Source of the DNA: Chthoniobacterales bacterium
GTDB taxonomy: Bacteria > Verrucomicrobiota > Verrucomicrobiia > Chthoniobacterales > JACTMZ01
Direction: 5' to 3'
DNA length: 64,000 bases
Assembly (NCBI GenBank): GCA_018883245.1
Contig: VEQL01000001.1
Coordinates: 94,701-158,700 of the forward strand
In this document: one piece after another, positions 17,419 through 26,507 of the stretch
Position numbering within the stretch: position 1 is the first letter of the stretch
How the letters are laid out: every line of letters begins with the position of its first letter
The notes under the pieces: model-generated
Seen by the model: only the letters and a program-made list of their open reading frames with translations
What the model was told of the DNA's origin: nothing
The model's database searches: none
Position numbers and translations under genes: made by a program

Positions 17419-18780
17419 TCAGTCGAGGCGGGCGCCGTCGCGGTTCAAGACGGCACGCAACTCGCGGCCCGCGATGGCCCGCGGCGGCAGATTCTCGCGC
17501 AGCGCCATGGCCGCTGCGTGGCCGATCGCGTGGCCGTAGGCGAAGCACTGCGCCGTCACGCGGGCTGAGGCCATCGCCTCGTGCTGGGCCGAGAGGCACC
17601 GCCCCGCCATCAACAGCGATTCGCCGTGCCGGGGCACGAAGCATTCGTAGGGCACCTCGTAGTAGTCGTCAAAGATCCACACCAGGCGCGGCTTTTCGCC
17701 GCTGTGCAGTTCCACCGGCCAGGGGCTGCGAGCGATGCCCCCGTCGAAGCGGGCCTTGCCGACGATATTGTCGACGCCCAGCGTCATCACGCCGAGGATC
17801 TGGCGAGTCTGGCGCACCCCGACCTGCACGCCGGTGTCGTTGAGCCACGCGCTCTCGCAGCCTGGCACGTGTTCCCGGAGGAATCGCTCGACCTCGCGCA
17901 CCTGCCTGCGGCCCTCGATCTCCGCCTCGGTGAGGTCCGCGATCCGAACGGGATCGAGCTCGCGGCCGTCGCGGCCGATCACCCGGGTCGCGTTGCACAG
18001 CAATTCACCAGGGCGGGGCGTCTCGAACAGAAAGATCTTCGCCCGCGGCAGCACGTGCGTGCCCGACGCGTTCAGCCGCTGGATCGTCTCCACCGTCCGG
18101 TCACCCATAATGCTGTCCGGCCCGCGGGCCGCGAGGAACCGCGGCATGTCCACGCCCTGCACCCGGAACATCATTGTCGGATTCTGCACTTTCCCGTCGT
18201 CTCCCTGGAAGGTCGGCAGCCCGGCCATGGCGGCCACATCGGCGTCGCCGCTGGCATCGATCGTGAGCCCGGCCCGGATATCGAGACGGCCCTGCTTGGT
18301 CGAGGCGATGACGCCGGCCACGCGTTCGCCCCCGTCCGTCAGAACGTCGGTGACGAGCGTGTGCAAGAACACCCGCACGCCTGCGTCCGCAAGCAGGTGG
18401 TCGCCAGTCTCGCGCCACACGTGCGGGTCGTGCACTCGGGTGAACGTCTTTCCGTAGCGGACCGGCGGGGTGAGGCCGCCTTTGCTCTCGAGCAGCCGGA
18501 CAAACTCGTCGGCGAAGCCGAACACGACCTGCTTCGGTTTGGAGGCGGGATCCTCGGAGGCTTCGTAGAGCCCGCAGACCGTCCCGGAAAGTCCCGCCAC
18601 AGCGCCCCCGCCCGAGAAGCCGTAGCGCTCGAGGACGATCACATCGAGCCCGCGTCGTGCGGCTGTCGTTGCAGCAGCGACGCCGGCCGCACCGGCGCCC
18701 ACAACGAGCACGTCGCAGTCCAACCGCGTCACGGGCCGCGCGTCCCTGACCTCGGTTCGCATCGCGTTTACTTCCTCCAC
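17419..18780 (-). CDS. FAD-dependent oxidoreductase (FAD_oxidored/GIDA-like family)
   Basis: DVLVVGAGAAGVAAATTAARRGLDVIVLERYGFSGGG dinucleotide-binding motif. The start is either GTG 18780 (overlaps the upstream stop) or ATG 18762. Confidence 0.7.
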   Translation of the reverse strand: MEEVNAMRTEVRDARPVTRLDCDVLVVGAGAAGVAAATTAARRGLDVIVLERYGFSGGGAVAGLSGTVCGLYEASEDPASKPKQVVFGFADEFVRLLESKGGLTPPVRYGKTFTRVHDPHVWRETGDHLLADAGVRVFLHTLVTDVLTDGGERVAGVIASTKQGRLDIRAGLTIDASGDADVAAMAGLPTFQGDDGKVQNPTMMFRVQGVDMPRFLAARGPDSIMGDRTVETIQRLNASGTHVLPRAKIFLFETPRPGELLCNATRVIGRDGRELDPVRIADLTEAEIEGRRQVREVERFLREHVPGCESAWLNDTGVQVGVRQTRQILGVMTLGVDNIVGKARFDGGIARSPWPVELHSGEKPRLVWIFDDYYEVPYECFVPRHGESLLMAGRCLSAQHEAMASARVTAQCFAYGHAIGHAAAMALRENLPPRAIAGRELRAVLNRDGARLD

Positions 18781-20459
18781 CGATGCGCCCCGAGCACCGC
18801 CCCCTTGGCCAAGGGCTGCACAAGCTCTTGATACATCGCCAACCAGCCCTTTTCCCGGGTGGCGGGGAAAGGCGGCAGGGCGGCGAGGCGACGCTGCAAC
18901 TCGTGGTCGGGGACGTCGAGAGTAATCGTGCGCCGGTTCAGGTCGATGGAAACGACGTCGCCATCGACGACCGCGGCCAAGGGGCCGCCTTCCGCCGCCT
19001 CGGGCATGACCTGTCCGATGGTGATGCCGCTGTTGAGGCCCGAGAGTTCGCCGTCGGTGACAACAGCCACCGCGTCGCCGAGCCCCGCGCCGACAAGTGC
19101 GGCCATAAAGCTCGCCGCGAACACCGTGCCCGGCCCTCCCTTGGGCCCGAGCATCCGCAGCACCACCACTTGGTTCGCCCGCACCTTGCCATTTGCCAGT
19201 CCGGCGATCGCCACCGCTTCGTCCTCGAACACAACCGCCGGGGCACTGAAGGTGCGAACGTGCTCGGGAACGGCCGAAAGTTTCACGACTGCGCCTTGGG
19301 GCGCGAGGTTGCCGCGGATGATGACGAGCCCCGGCTCCCGGCGGAAGGGCGAGCCCAGCGGCCTGATCACCGTCTCGTCGGGCGCCGGCCTTGCAGCGAG
19401 GTTGTCGGCGAGCGTGCGCCCGGTCACCGTCAGGACACCGGTGTCGAGCAGGGGGGCGATTTGCTTCATCACGCCCGCGGCGCCCCCGGCCACGTCGAGA
19501 GCTTCGATGCGGTCCGGCCCGTTGGGACGCACCCGCGTCACCTGCGGGACGTCTGCTGCGGCCTCGAACTCACTGATCACGTCCACATCCACCTCGGATT
19601 CGATCGCGGTGGCGATGAGATGGCGGAGCACGTTGACGCTCGCCCCAATGGCGACGGCAGTTCGCACGGCGTTGCGGAAGGATCCAGCCGTCATGATGCG
19701 GCGAGGTCGGATGTCTCTCTCGATCAGCTCAATGATCGTGCGGCCTGCGCGCTCCGCATACTCTTCGAGCCGCGCGCTGCCTGCGCGGATGGGCGCGTTG
19801 CCCGGCAGCGCCATCCCCAAGGCTTCGGCCATACAGTGCATCGAATTGGCCGTGGCCAGGCCGGCGCACACGCCGGGACCGGTGATGGCAGTGCAGGTCT
19901 GCGCGGTGAGCTGCTGCAACGTGATCTTTCCGGCCTTGAGCGCGCCGACGGCCTTGTAGACCTCCTCGATGTCGTTGTGCCGGTCGCCGCACTGGTCGCC
20001 GAGCTGGTAGCCACAGGTGACGATGATACTGGGCACGTCGAGCCTGCCGGCGGCCATGAGGTGCGCGGGCGTGGTCTTGTCGCAGGACGACAGCAGCACC
20101 ATGCCGTCGAGTTCGGCGCCCTCGACCTGCACCTCGATATCGTTGACCATCAGGTCACGGGTCGGCATCAGGTAGCGGCCCTGCTTGCCGGCGCTTGTCA
20201 CGAAGTCGGAAGGCGTGGCGGTGCGGATCTCGAGCGGCACCCCGCCAGCCGCACGAATCGATTTTTCCACAACCGCGGCCACGGCGTCGAGGTGCTGGAA
20301 GCAGATCGATAGCTTCGACGACGAGTTGACGATCGCGATCTTGGGCTTGTCGAAATCCTCCTCGGTCAGCCCCATGGCCAGCCACTGCGCGCGGCGCACC
20401 GCCCAGCGGGTTGTGCCGGGCTCGAACTGGCTGCGAAGCTTGCGGGGGGCGGAAGGCAT
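18768..20459 (-). CDS. IlvD/Edd family dehydratase (sugar-acid/dihydroxy-acid dehydratase)
   Basis: KPKIAIVNSS, LLSSCDKTTPAHLMAA, GPGVCAGLATANSM, VVLRMLGPKGGPG, VVTDGELSG. The ATG at 20459 is preceded by GGAG; the track start at 20462 is a TTG. Confidence 0.85.
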   Translation of the reverse strand: MPSAPRKLRSQFEPGTTRWAVRRAQWLAMGLTEEDFDKPKIAIVNSSSKLSICFQHLDAVAAVVEKSIRAAGGVPLEIRTATPSDFVTSAGKQGRYLMPTRDLMVNDIEVQVEGAELDGMVLLSSCDKTTPAHLMAAGRLDVPSIIVTCGYQLGDQCGDRHNDIEEVYKAVGALKAGKITLQQLTAQTCTAITGPGVCAGLATANSMHCMAEALGMALPGNAPIRAGSARLEEYAERAGRTIIELIERDIRPRRIMTAGSFRNAVRTAVAIGASVNVLRHLIATAIESEVDVDVISEFEAAADVPQVTRVRPNGPDRIEALDVAGGAAGVMKQIAPLLDTGVLTVTGRTLADNLAARPAPDETVIRPLGSPFRREPGLVIIRGNLAPQGAVVKLSAVPEHVRTFSAPAVVFEDEAVAIAGLANGKVRANQVVVLRMLGPKGGPGTVFAASFMAALVGAGLGDAVAVVTDGELSGLNSGITIGQVMPEAAEGGPLAAVVDGDVVSIDLNRRTITLDVPDHELQRRLAALPPFPATREKGWLAMYQELVQPLAKGAVLGAHRWRK

Positions 20460-20648
20460 CAATGCTCCAAGGAGTGGTTACGGCAGGGTTTCGTGCGTTC
20501 TCGCACTGTCGACAAGCGTCCTCATTAGCCCCTGGCATGCGGGAGCGTCAAGCCACGGGCGCAGTCCGGGAACGTGCGGCCTCTTTGTCAGTAGCCGGCG
20601 CCGGCCGCCACTGGGACGCGAGGCGCACTCAGTCTCGCTCTTTGCGGG

Positions 20649-21296
20649 TCATAGTTCCAGCGCGAGGACGGCTAGCATGCGTCCCGTTTTTCCCTGCTCC
20701 ACGCGGTAAGAGTAGTAGGTGCCGGTATTGCTGCCCGTGCAGATCCCGTCATCGAAAACATCGACCGCACCCGCGGCACGCGCCTGCGAAACGATCGCGG
20801 AGGCGAAGTCGGTTTCGTAAAGCGGGGGTCGGATGCAGGGACTCACATGCACCACGAGATCGCGGGGTTCGATCCCGTATGTCTGTTGCATCATCCGGAT
20901 CGTGCTTCCGGTGATGTTCAACTCGGTGCCGGCACGCCCCGAATGCACCAGCCCGATGGCGCGTCCAACGCGGTCGGCCAGATAGACGGCGGCACAGTCG
21001 GCCACGTAAATCCCCAGGACCAAACCGGGGACGTTCGTGATCAACGCATCGGCACCCGCATGCGCCCGGGGCGCGAGGGCCTCGGCGGTCACATCTCCAT
21101 GCACTTGCTCGGCTGTTGCCAGACGCAGCGGATCGAATCCGAGTTGGCGCAGGCAGTCTTCGTGCGGCATCCGCAGGCGCGCCAATGCAGTTGTGCGATC
21201 CGTCGCCACATCGACACCCGCAACGCGCGGGATGAACGCCGCACGCAGGCCCGCAACGGACGACAAGGGTCGGAACTCCGGCTCTTTCACCGCCAT
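20649..21296 (-). CDS. pgeF: YfiH/PgeF (DUF152, laccase-domain/purine nucleoside phosphorylase-like) protein
   Basis: EQVHGDV...ADALITNVPGLVLGIYVADCAAVYL...GLVHSGRAG...HVSPCI...YSYR are the conserved His/Cys/His ligand contexts of the YfiH family. Confidence 0.8.
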   Translation of the reverse strand: MAVKEPEFRPLSSVAGLRAAFIPRVAGVDVATDRTTALARLRMPHEDCLRQLGFDPLRLATAEQVHGDVTAEALAPRAHAGADALITNVPGLVLGIYVADCAAVYLADRVGRAIGLVHSGRAGTELNITGSTIRMMQQTYGIEPRDLVVHVSPCIRPPLYETDFASAIVSQARAAGAVDVFDDGICTGSNTGTYYSYRVEQGKTGRMLAVLALEL

Positions 21297-21298
21297 CC

Positions 21299-23110
21299 TC
21301 AGCGGTTGTCCACCGTCTTATTTTTATCGGGAACCGCGGCGGACTTCTGCTGCTTCTTGACTTTCGCGGGACGCGGCAATGTCTGGTCCTTGCGCGGCAT
21401 GGCGCCGTTGAGCACGCCGGGGTTCGGATTGTCCGCCGAGTTGAGCAGGTCGTTGCGGCTGCGTTCGCGCGCCGTGAGCATCGGATCGTCGAAGGTGTCC
21501 GCGTAAACCGTGTCCAGCGACAGCACGCGGTTGTATTCGGCCAGAGCGATGATGTAGCGGTAGCGCCCCTCGAGTTCGGTGGTCTGCGCTTGGAGGAGCG
21601 AGACTTGGGCGTTGAGCACGTCGAGCTGCGTGCCGGCTCCCGCGTCGAGCCGCTCGCGCGAAAGGCGCAGCGCCTCGGTGGCCTGCACCACGTTGGCGCG
21701 CTGGCTGTCGATGACTTCCTGCGCCTCGATAAGGTTGGAAATCGCGCGCTGCACGTCGAGTTCCACGCCGCGGGCCGAGTTGTCGTAGTTGATCTTGGAT
21801 TGCTCGAGGGAAGCGCGTGCCGCCTGGGTCGCACCGATGGTGGCCAAGCCGTCGAAAATGTTCCAACTTCCCGTCACTCCGAAAAACAGGCCGTTGACCG
21901 CCTGATCAAGCTGCGCTGCAGTCGGCACATTGAAGGCCTGGTAACCCGCCGTCGCGTTGAGCGTGGGTTGGAAACCGGAGAGCGCGGCCTTCACTTTTTC
22001 GACGCCGATGAGGATGTTCTGGCGCTGGATTTTGAGCGAAGGGTTGCGTGCAAGCGCACTGAACACGGAATTGCCGACATCGATTTTGATCGGATCGTAG
22101 TCGAGCTGGCCGCGCACGTCGAAAGGCACCTGCGACGCGTTCTGCGGGTAATCCAAGCCGAGCTGCTTGACGAGGGCGAACTGCGAGATGCGCAGCGCAT
22201 TGCGTGCTTGGATGACCGGAGGAATCGCGTTGGCCAAGGCCACCTCCGCCTGCAGCACGTTGAAACGGGGGACCGTTCCTGCCTCGAAGCGGCTCTGCTG
22301 GTCCTGCAGCTGTGTCTGCAAAACGGCAACGGATTCCTCGCGCACACGGATCAACGCGCGGTTAAAGATCACGTCATAAAAAAGTTTTTTCGTATCGGCC
22401 ACCGTTTGGTCGATCGTCTGCCGCAGGGAATAGAACGAACTGTCGTTGGCCAGACGCGCAGCGGAAAAGTCCGCCTGGTTTTTCCAACCGGACCAGATGT
22501 TCTGGTTGATCGCGATCGAAACATTCCACGACTGGTTGTTGGCAATGAGGTTGCCAGCGTAAGACGCGTCGGCCAGCGTGTCCGACTCCACACCGTAGCC
22601 GGAATTCGCGGCGAGGGTCGGCAGCAACGCGGCGCGAACTTGGACCAACTGGCCGCGCGTGAGGCGGATTTGCTGGATGGCCGCGAGAACGTCGGGGTTC
22701 TTCTTCAATGCCGTGCTGATCGCTCCCTCGATCGTCAGCGGCTTGGCATCCGGGGTCAGACTCAGCTCGAGCGAACTGGCGGGCGGAAGTTTGATGCTCG
22801 TGACGGGGCTGGGTCCCTTTTGCACCGGCGGTTCCGGAATGGAAGGCATCGTCGGAAAAACCATCTGGCCCGGTCCCGGGATTCCGGGATTGTTGGTCGC
22901 ATCCAAGGCGGGATCCAGGCCGGGGAAATTCGTGATCAGCATCGCCGACGAAGCTGTCGGCGAAGGCATCGGGGTCGGCATGCCGGCCGGTATCGGAGCG
23001 AGCGTGGCGGGAGGTTGGGCCGGAGAGGCCCCAGGCTCCTGGGCACGCAGCGCATGAAAAGACGCGGAGACCATGGCGGCAGTTGCCGCGACGCGGAACA
23101 AAAGGTTCAT
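21299..23110 (-). CDS. TolC-family outer-membrane channel with Pro-rich N-terminal extension and basic C-terminal tail
   Basis: Start at MNLLFRVAATAAMVSASFHALRA (CAT 23108-23110). Two TolC repeat halves (IEGAISTALKKNPDVLAA...; RVREESVAVLQTQLQDQQSRFEAGT...LEQSKINYDNSARGVELDVQRA...LLQAQTTELEGRYRYIIALAEYNRVLS). Confidence 0.8.
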   Translation of the reverse strand: MNLLFRVAATAAMVSASFHALRAQEPGASPAQPPATLAPIPAGMPTPMPSPTASSAMLITNFPGLDPALDATNNPGIPGPGQMVFPTMPSIPEPPVQKGPSPVTSIKLPPASSLELSLTPDAKPLTIEGAISTALKKNPDVLAAIQQIRLTRGQLVQVRAALLPTLAANSGYGVESDTLADASYAGNLIANNQSWNVSIAINQNIWSGWKNQADFSAARLANDSSFYSLRQTIDQTVADTKKLFYDVIFNRALIRVREESVAVLQTQLQDQQSRFEAGTVPRFNVLQAEVALANAIPPVIQARNALRISQFALVKQLGLDYPQNASQVPFDVRGQLDYDPIKIDVGNSVFSALARNPSLKIQRQNILIGVEKVKAALSGFQPTLNATAGYQAFNVPTAAQLDQAVNGLFFGVTGSWNIFDGLATIGATQAARASLEQSKINYDNSARGVELDVQRAISNLIEAQEVIDSQRANVVQATEALRLSRERLDAGAGTQLDVLNAQVSLLQAQTTELEGRYRYIIALAEYNRVLSLDTVYADTFDDPMLTARERSRNDLLNSADNPNPGVLNGAMPRKDQTLPRPAKVKKQQKSAAVPDKNKTVDNR

Positions 23111-23156
23111 GCTGGAAATGTCATTAAAACTCCCAAACGATCGTTTCGCAAACCTT

Positions 23157-23528
23157 TCAGCGTGCCTGGGGCTGCGGGCTTTGCGCCGGCTGGACCGAAC
23201 CCTCCAGCGCCGCCTGATCACCCAGCGCTGGCTCACCGGCCACGATGGCGAGCGCGATGTAGGGAGGCTGCGATTCGCCCGTTGTGCGCAGCACCGATGT
23301 CCGCCGCTTGTCTCGGAATGTCACTACTTGCGCTCCCGGCGCCAAAGCCGAGGATGCACCGGAGTCGAGCAGGACAAAGCGATGCTCCGCATCGACCATG
23401 ATCACGCGGCCGAGAAGCGGTGGCAGGGTTGCTTCCGGGACGGCATTTTTCTTTTTGCCGAACAACGCGCAGCCCGCCAGGCCCAGCGAAAAGACGAGCA
23501 TCAGGACCGGCCCGCGGAAAAGGTTCAT
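23157..23528 (-). CDS. Small lipoprotein, unknown function
   Basis: 123 aa starting at the internal Met MNLFRGPVLMLVFSLGLAGCALFG (lipobox LAGC). The remainder is a predicted beta-rich small domain with a Gln/Pro tail. The longer track ORF 23157..24065 overlaps the upstream gene. Confidence 0.6.
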   Translation of the reverse strand: MNLFRGPVLMLVFSLGLAGCALFGKKKNAVPEATLPPLLGRVIMVDAEHRFVLLDSGASSALAPGAQVVTFRDKRRTSVLRTTGESQPPYIALAIVAGEPALGDQAALEGSVQPAQSPQPQAR

Positions 23529-23535
23529 CGGGAAT

Positions 23536-24699
23536 TCAGACGCCTGCACTCTCCAAAAGCGAAGAGAGCACTTTCTCCGCCTCGAAATATTCACATGCAT
23601 AAGCGCGGGCCGCCCGCGCATGGCGATCGTAATCCGACGCGACGGCCCGTATCTGGTCCACGGCTTCATCGACGGTCGTGAAACCCAACACGCCTTGGCC
23701 GCTCGGCAGGTGCTTGCTCCAGCCTGTGTCCTGCACAACCACGGGTTTTCCAAGAGCCAGATAGCAGGCGCTGCGGCAACTGAACCAACCGCTGCGAGAT
23801 TTGACATAGCCGTTTTTGGCGATGCTCCATTCCCCTTTGGCGCCGGCGAGAAAATTGCGGTAGCTGGTGTGGTCGGGAAGCGCCTCGTCTGGCTCGATGA
23901 TCTGCCAGCCGTGCCCGAGGAGTTGCTCCGTCGGACGTTTGCGGCCTGGACCTTGGCCGACGGCCAAGACAAATTTATCGCCTGTGAGGCGCGGCAAGTC
24001 GAGAAAGCGCATGAATTCGACGTCTTTTTGTCCGTAGCTTTCACCCTGGAATTCCTTCGCGGCATAGCTGGACCAATTCATCACGGTGGCCCAGGCATCT
24101 CGAACCAGCGGGGAGGGATCAATGCCGGGCCCGTCCCAATAATGCAGCACGATCGGCTGCACCGTGGGGATCCAGCGCAGTCCGCAGGCCGGCACGGCGC
24201 AGTCGGGCTGGCCGATGTTCAGACCGAACGAGTAATGCACATCGTGGCTGCGGATCCGGTCGGCGGTGGACCGGTCGGTCGCCATTCCGATGTGCGTGAA
24301 CATCGGATCCCCATCCAGAAAAAGTTTGGTGCGGATGGACGCCGTTGTTTCGCGCAACCAGCAGGCGCCGGAAACATTGGCGAGAACATCGGCACCCGAG
24401 ATTGTTTTTTCCGCCAGATCCGGATCGTCGATGCCGTGATATCGCCCGTCGGCGCCGTTGCGGTAGATCCAGCGGTCACCGAGGTCAAAGGCCTCCATGA
24501 TACGACGCAGGTAGGCGACGTTGTTCGAACAATCGTCGCTGGGCTGTTGCGCCAGCGGGTCGTAGGCCCAAGCTCCCGTGTCCTCGAGATACCACACATC
24601 GTGGCCGAGCGCGCGAAATCCGAGGACATATTGCAGGTAATCCCAGGTGACGCCCCCGAAAGGATATTGGCCGATGAGTCCGGTGCAGATGATGCGCAT
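23536..24699 (-). CDS. GT-B-fold glycosyltransferase-like protein (family not recognised)
   Basis: 387 aa. MRIICTGLIGQYPFGGVTWDYLQYVLGFRALGHDVWYLEDTG is a GT-B N-terminal beta-alpha start. C-terminal ...ACYLALGKPVVVQDTGWSKHLPSGQGVLGFTTVDEAVDQI parallels the GT1/GT4 donor-binding region but lacks an obvious EX7E motif. Confidence 0.55.
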   Translation of the reverse strand: MRIICTGLIGQYPFGGVTWDYLQYVLGFRALGHDVWYLEDTGAWAYDPLAQQPSDDCSNNVAYLRRIMEAFDLGDRWIYRNGADGRYHGIDDPDLAEKTISGADVLANVSGACWLRETTASIRTKLFLDGDPMFTHIGMATDRSTADRIRSHDVHYSFGLNIGQPDCAVPACGLRWIPTVQPIVLHYWDGPGIDPSPLVRDAWATVMNWSSYAAKEFQGESYGQKDVEFMRFLDLPRLTGDKFVLAVGQGPGRKRPTEQLLGHGWQIIEPDEALPDHTSYRNFLAGAKGEWSIAKNGYVKSRSGWFSCRSACYLALGKPVVVQDTGWSKHLPSGQGVLGFTTVDEAVDQIRAVASDYDRHARAARAYACEYFEAEKVLSSLLESAGV

Positions 24700-24716
24700 G
24701 GGAGGTCGAATTGGTC

Positions 24717-26501
24717 TCAGCGGTCGTATTGTCCTGCCTGATACATCGCGGCGTAAACCCCGCCGAGGGCCAGCAGCTCCGGCCCGGTGCCGACTTCCGC
24801 GATGGCCCCGCGGTCAAGCACGACAATCCTGCCCATCCCGTGCACCGTGGAGAGTCGGTGCGTGATGATCAGCGTGGTGCGGCCGTGCATCAATTCGGCG
24901 ATGGTATCCATGATCGCGCTCTCCGTCGCCGGATCCAAAGCCGAGGTCGGCTCGTCGAGAAGCAGGATCGGCGCACCTTTCAAAAACGCCCGGGCAATGC
25001 CGATGCGCTGGCGCTGCCCGACGCTGAGCTGGTTGCCCCGCTCTCCCACCTGGCTGGCGAAGCCGTCGGGCATGGCCATGATGAAGTCATAAGCCTGGGC
25101 CCGCCGCGCCGCCTCGATGATTTGCTCCTCGGTTGCACCGGGGCGGCCGTAGGCGATGTTCTCGCGGACGGTAGTGGAAAAAAGAAGCGTGTCCTGAAGC
25201 ACCATGCTGACATTGGCCCGAACGGATTTTTTTGTGAGCGAACGAAGGTCGTGCCCGTCGATCAAAACCGCGCCTCGCACGGGATCGTAAAAACGCGGAA
25301 CAAGGCTGAGCAGCGTGCTTTTGCCCGTGCCGGTGCCTCCGACAAAGGCGACACTTTCGCCCGGTCGAACAAGCAGCGAAATGTCGCGCAGGATCAGGCG
25401 ATCCGCAGCGTAGCCGAAATCCACACCGCGAAATTCCAAGGCGCCGTGCACGCGGCCGAGCGGTTTGGCGTGAGGTGCGTCTTGCACCTCGTCGGGCCGG
25501 TCGAGCACCTCGAAACACCGGCGGGCGCCCGCGGCCGCGCCCTCCATGGCCCAAGCCGTGTAAGTCAACTGCTCGAGGGGCTGGTAGAGCATCAGCAGAT
25601 ACGAGGCAAAGACCAGCAAATCGCCGAGCGAGAGCTTCTGCTCGAGAACGTGCAAAGAGCCTGCGTAGTAAAGGACCGCCGTGCCGGCCGCCATGAGCGT
25701 CCCCACAACAACTGCGCTGAAAACCGAGGTCATCGTCAGGCGCAGGTTGGCCGACAAACTCTCCGAGGCGCGGCGGCGGAATTGGCCGACCTCGTGGTCT
25801 TCGCGTCCGAAAGCGTGGACGAGACGTATCGAGGCCAGACCTTCCTGCACGGTGGCAAGCAGGTCGCTCTCCCTTTCCTGGATTGCCGTGCTCTGTTCGC
25901 GGATGCGCTTGGCGAAGTAATGGATGAAAAACACGATCAGCGGCACGACCGCCAGCGAGAGGAATGTCAGCTTGGCGTCGATCTTGACCATGATCGCGAA
26001 CGTCGAGACGAGCATCACGGCCGAGGAAAAAATATTGGTGAAGCCGCGGTTGTAGATCGTCTGGATCGCTTGCGAATCGTAAGCCACGCGGAAACTGGAA
26101 TCGCTGCTCCGGCGCGTGTCGTGGAACCTGAGCGACAACGATTGAAGGTAGGCGTAGAGATCCGTGCGGATGCGCAGCAATGCCTTGAGGCCTACGCCGA
26201 TCAAAAGATAGTTCGAGGCCATGTTGATCAGACCGGCGAGCAGGGTGATGACAACAAGGGATGCGCAGAGAACAAGGACGACATCCGGCCCCGGCATCGC
26301 GCCGAACCAGTGCCGCAGCTGCTCGTGCGCCGTGCGGGCCGATGCGCTGTCGGCGGGCGTCAGGATCCCGTCCACGATGTATTTGAAAGGCCAGGGCTTG
26401 AGCAGGTTCAGCGCGGTGACGACGAGGCTGAGGGCAAGCGCGACGAGCGTTTCCCCCAGAAACGGCCGGTAGTAGGCCAGCGTGCGGCGGTAAATACCCA
26501 T
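24717..26501 (-). CDS. ABC exporter, fused permease/ATPase (MsbA-like half transporter)
   Basis: 594 aa. Six-TM N-terminal domain, Walker A GGTGTGKST, signature LSVGQRQR, Walker B ILLLDEPTSALD, H-loop ITHRL. Confidence 0.9.
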   Translation of the reverse strand: MGIYRRTLAYYRPFLGETLVALALSLVVTALNLLKPWPFKYIVDGILTPADSASARTAHEQLRHWFGAMPGPDVVLVLCASLVVITLLAGLINMASNYLLIGVGLKALLRIRTDLYAYLQSLSLRFHDTRRSSDSSFRVAYDSQAIQTIYNRGFTNIFSSAVMLVSTFAIMVKIDAKLTFLSLAVVPLIVFFIHYFAKRIREQSTAIQERESDLLATVQEGLASIRLVHAFGREDHEVGQFRRRASESLSANLRLTMTSVFSAVVVGTLMAAGTAVLYYAGSLHVLEQKLSLGDLLVFASYLLMLYQPLEQLTYTAWAMEGAAAGARRCFEVLDRPDEVQDAPHAKPLGRVHGALEFRGVDFGYAADRLILRDISLLVRPGESVAFVGGTGTGKSTLLSLVPRFYDPVRGAVLIDGHDLRSLTKKSVRANVSMVLQDTLLFSTTVRENIAYGRPGATEEQIIEAARRAQAYDFIMAMPDGFASQVGERGNQLSVGQRQRIGIARAFLKGAPILLLDEPTSALDPATESAIMDTIAELMHGRTTLIITHRLSTVHGMGRIVVLDRGAIAEVGTGPELLALGGVYAAMYQAGQYDR

Positions 26502-26507
26502 GAGGAA

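Noticed and set aside
20463-20648. 186-bp non-coding gap upstream of the IlvD/Edd-family gene, considered as a possible riboswitch/sRNA
   Set aside because: I could not recognise any known riboswitch core or a convincing conserved structure by eye. It is left only as a suggestion for an Rfam scan under the dehydratase finding.
21590-23401. 603-aa plus-strand ORF
   Set aside because: Antisense to the TolC-family gene and the small lipoprotein gene.
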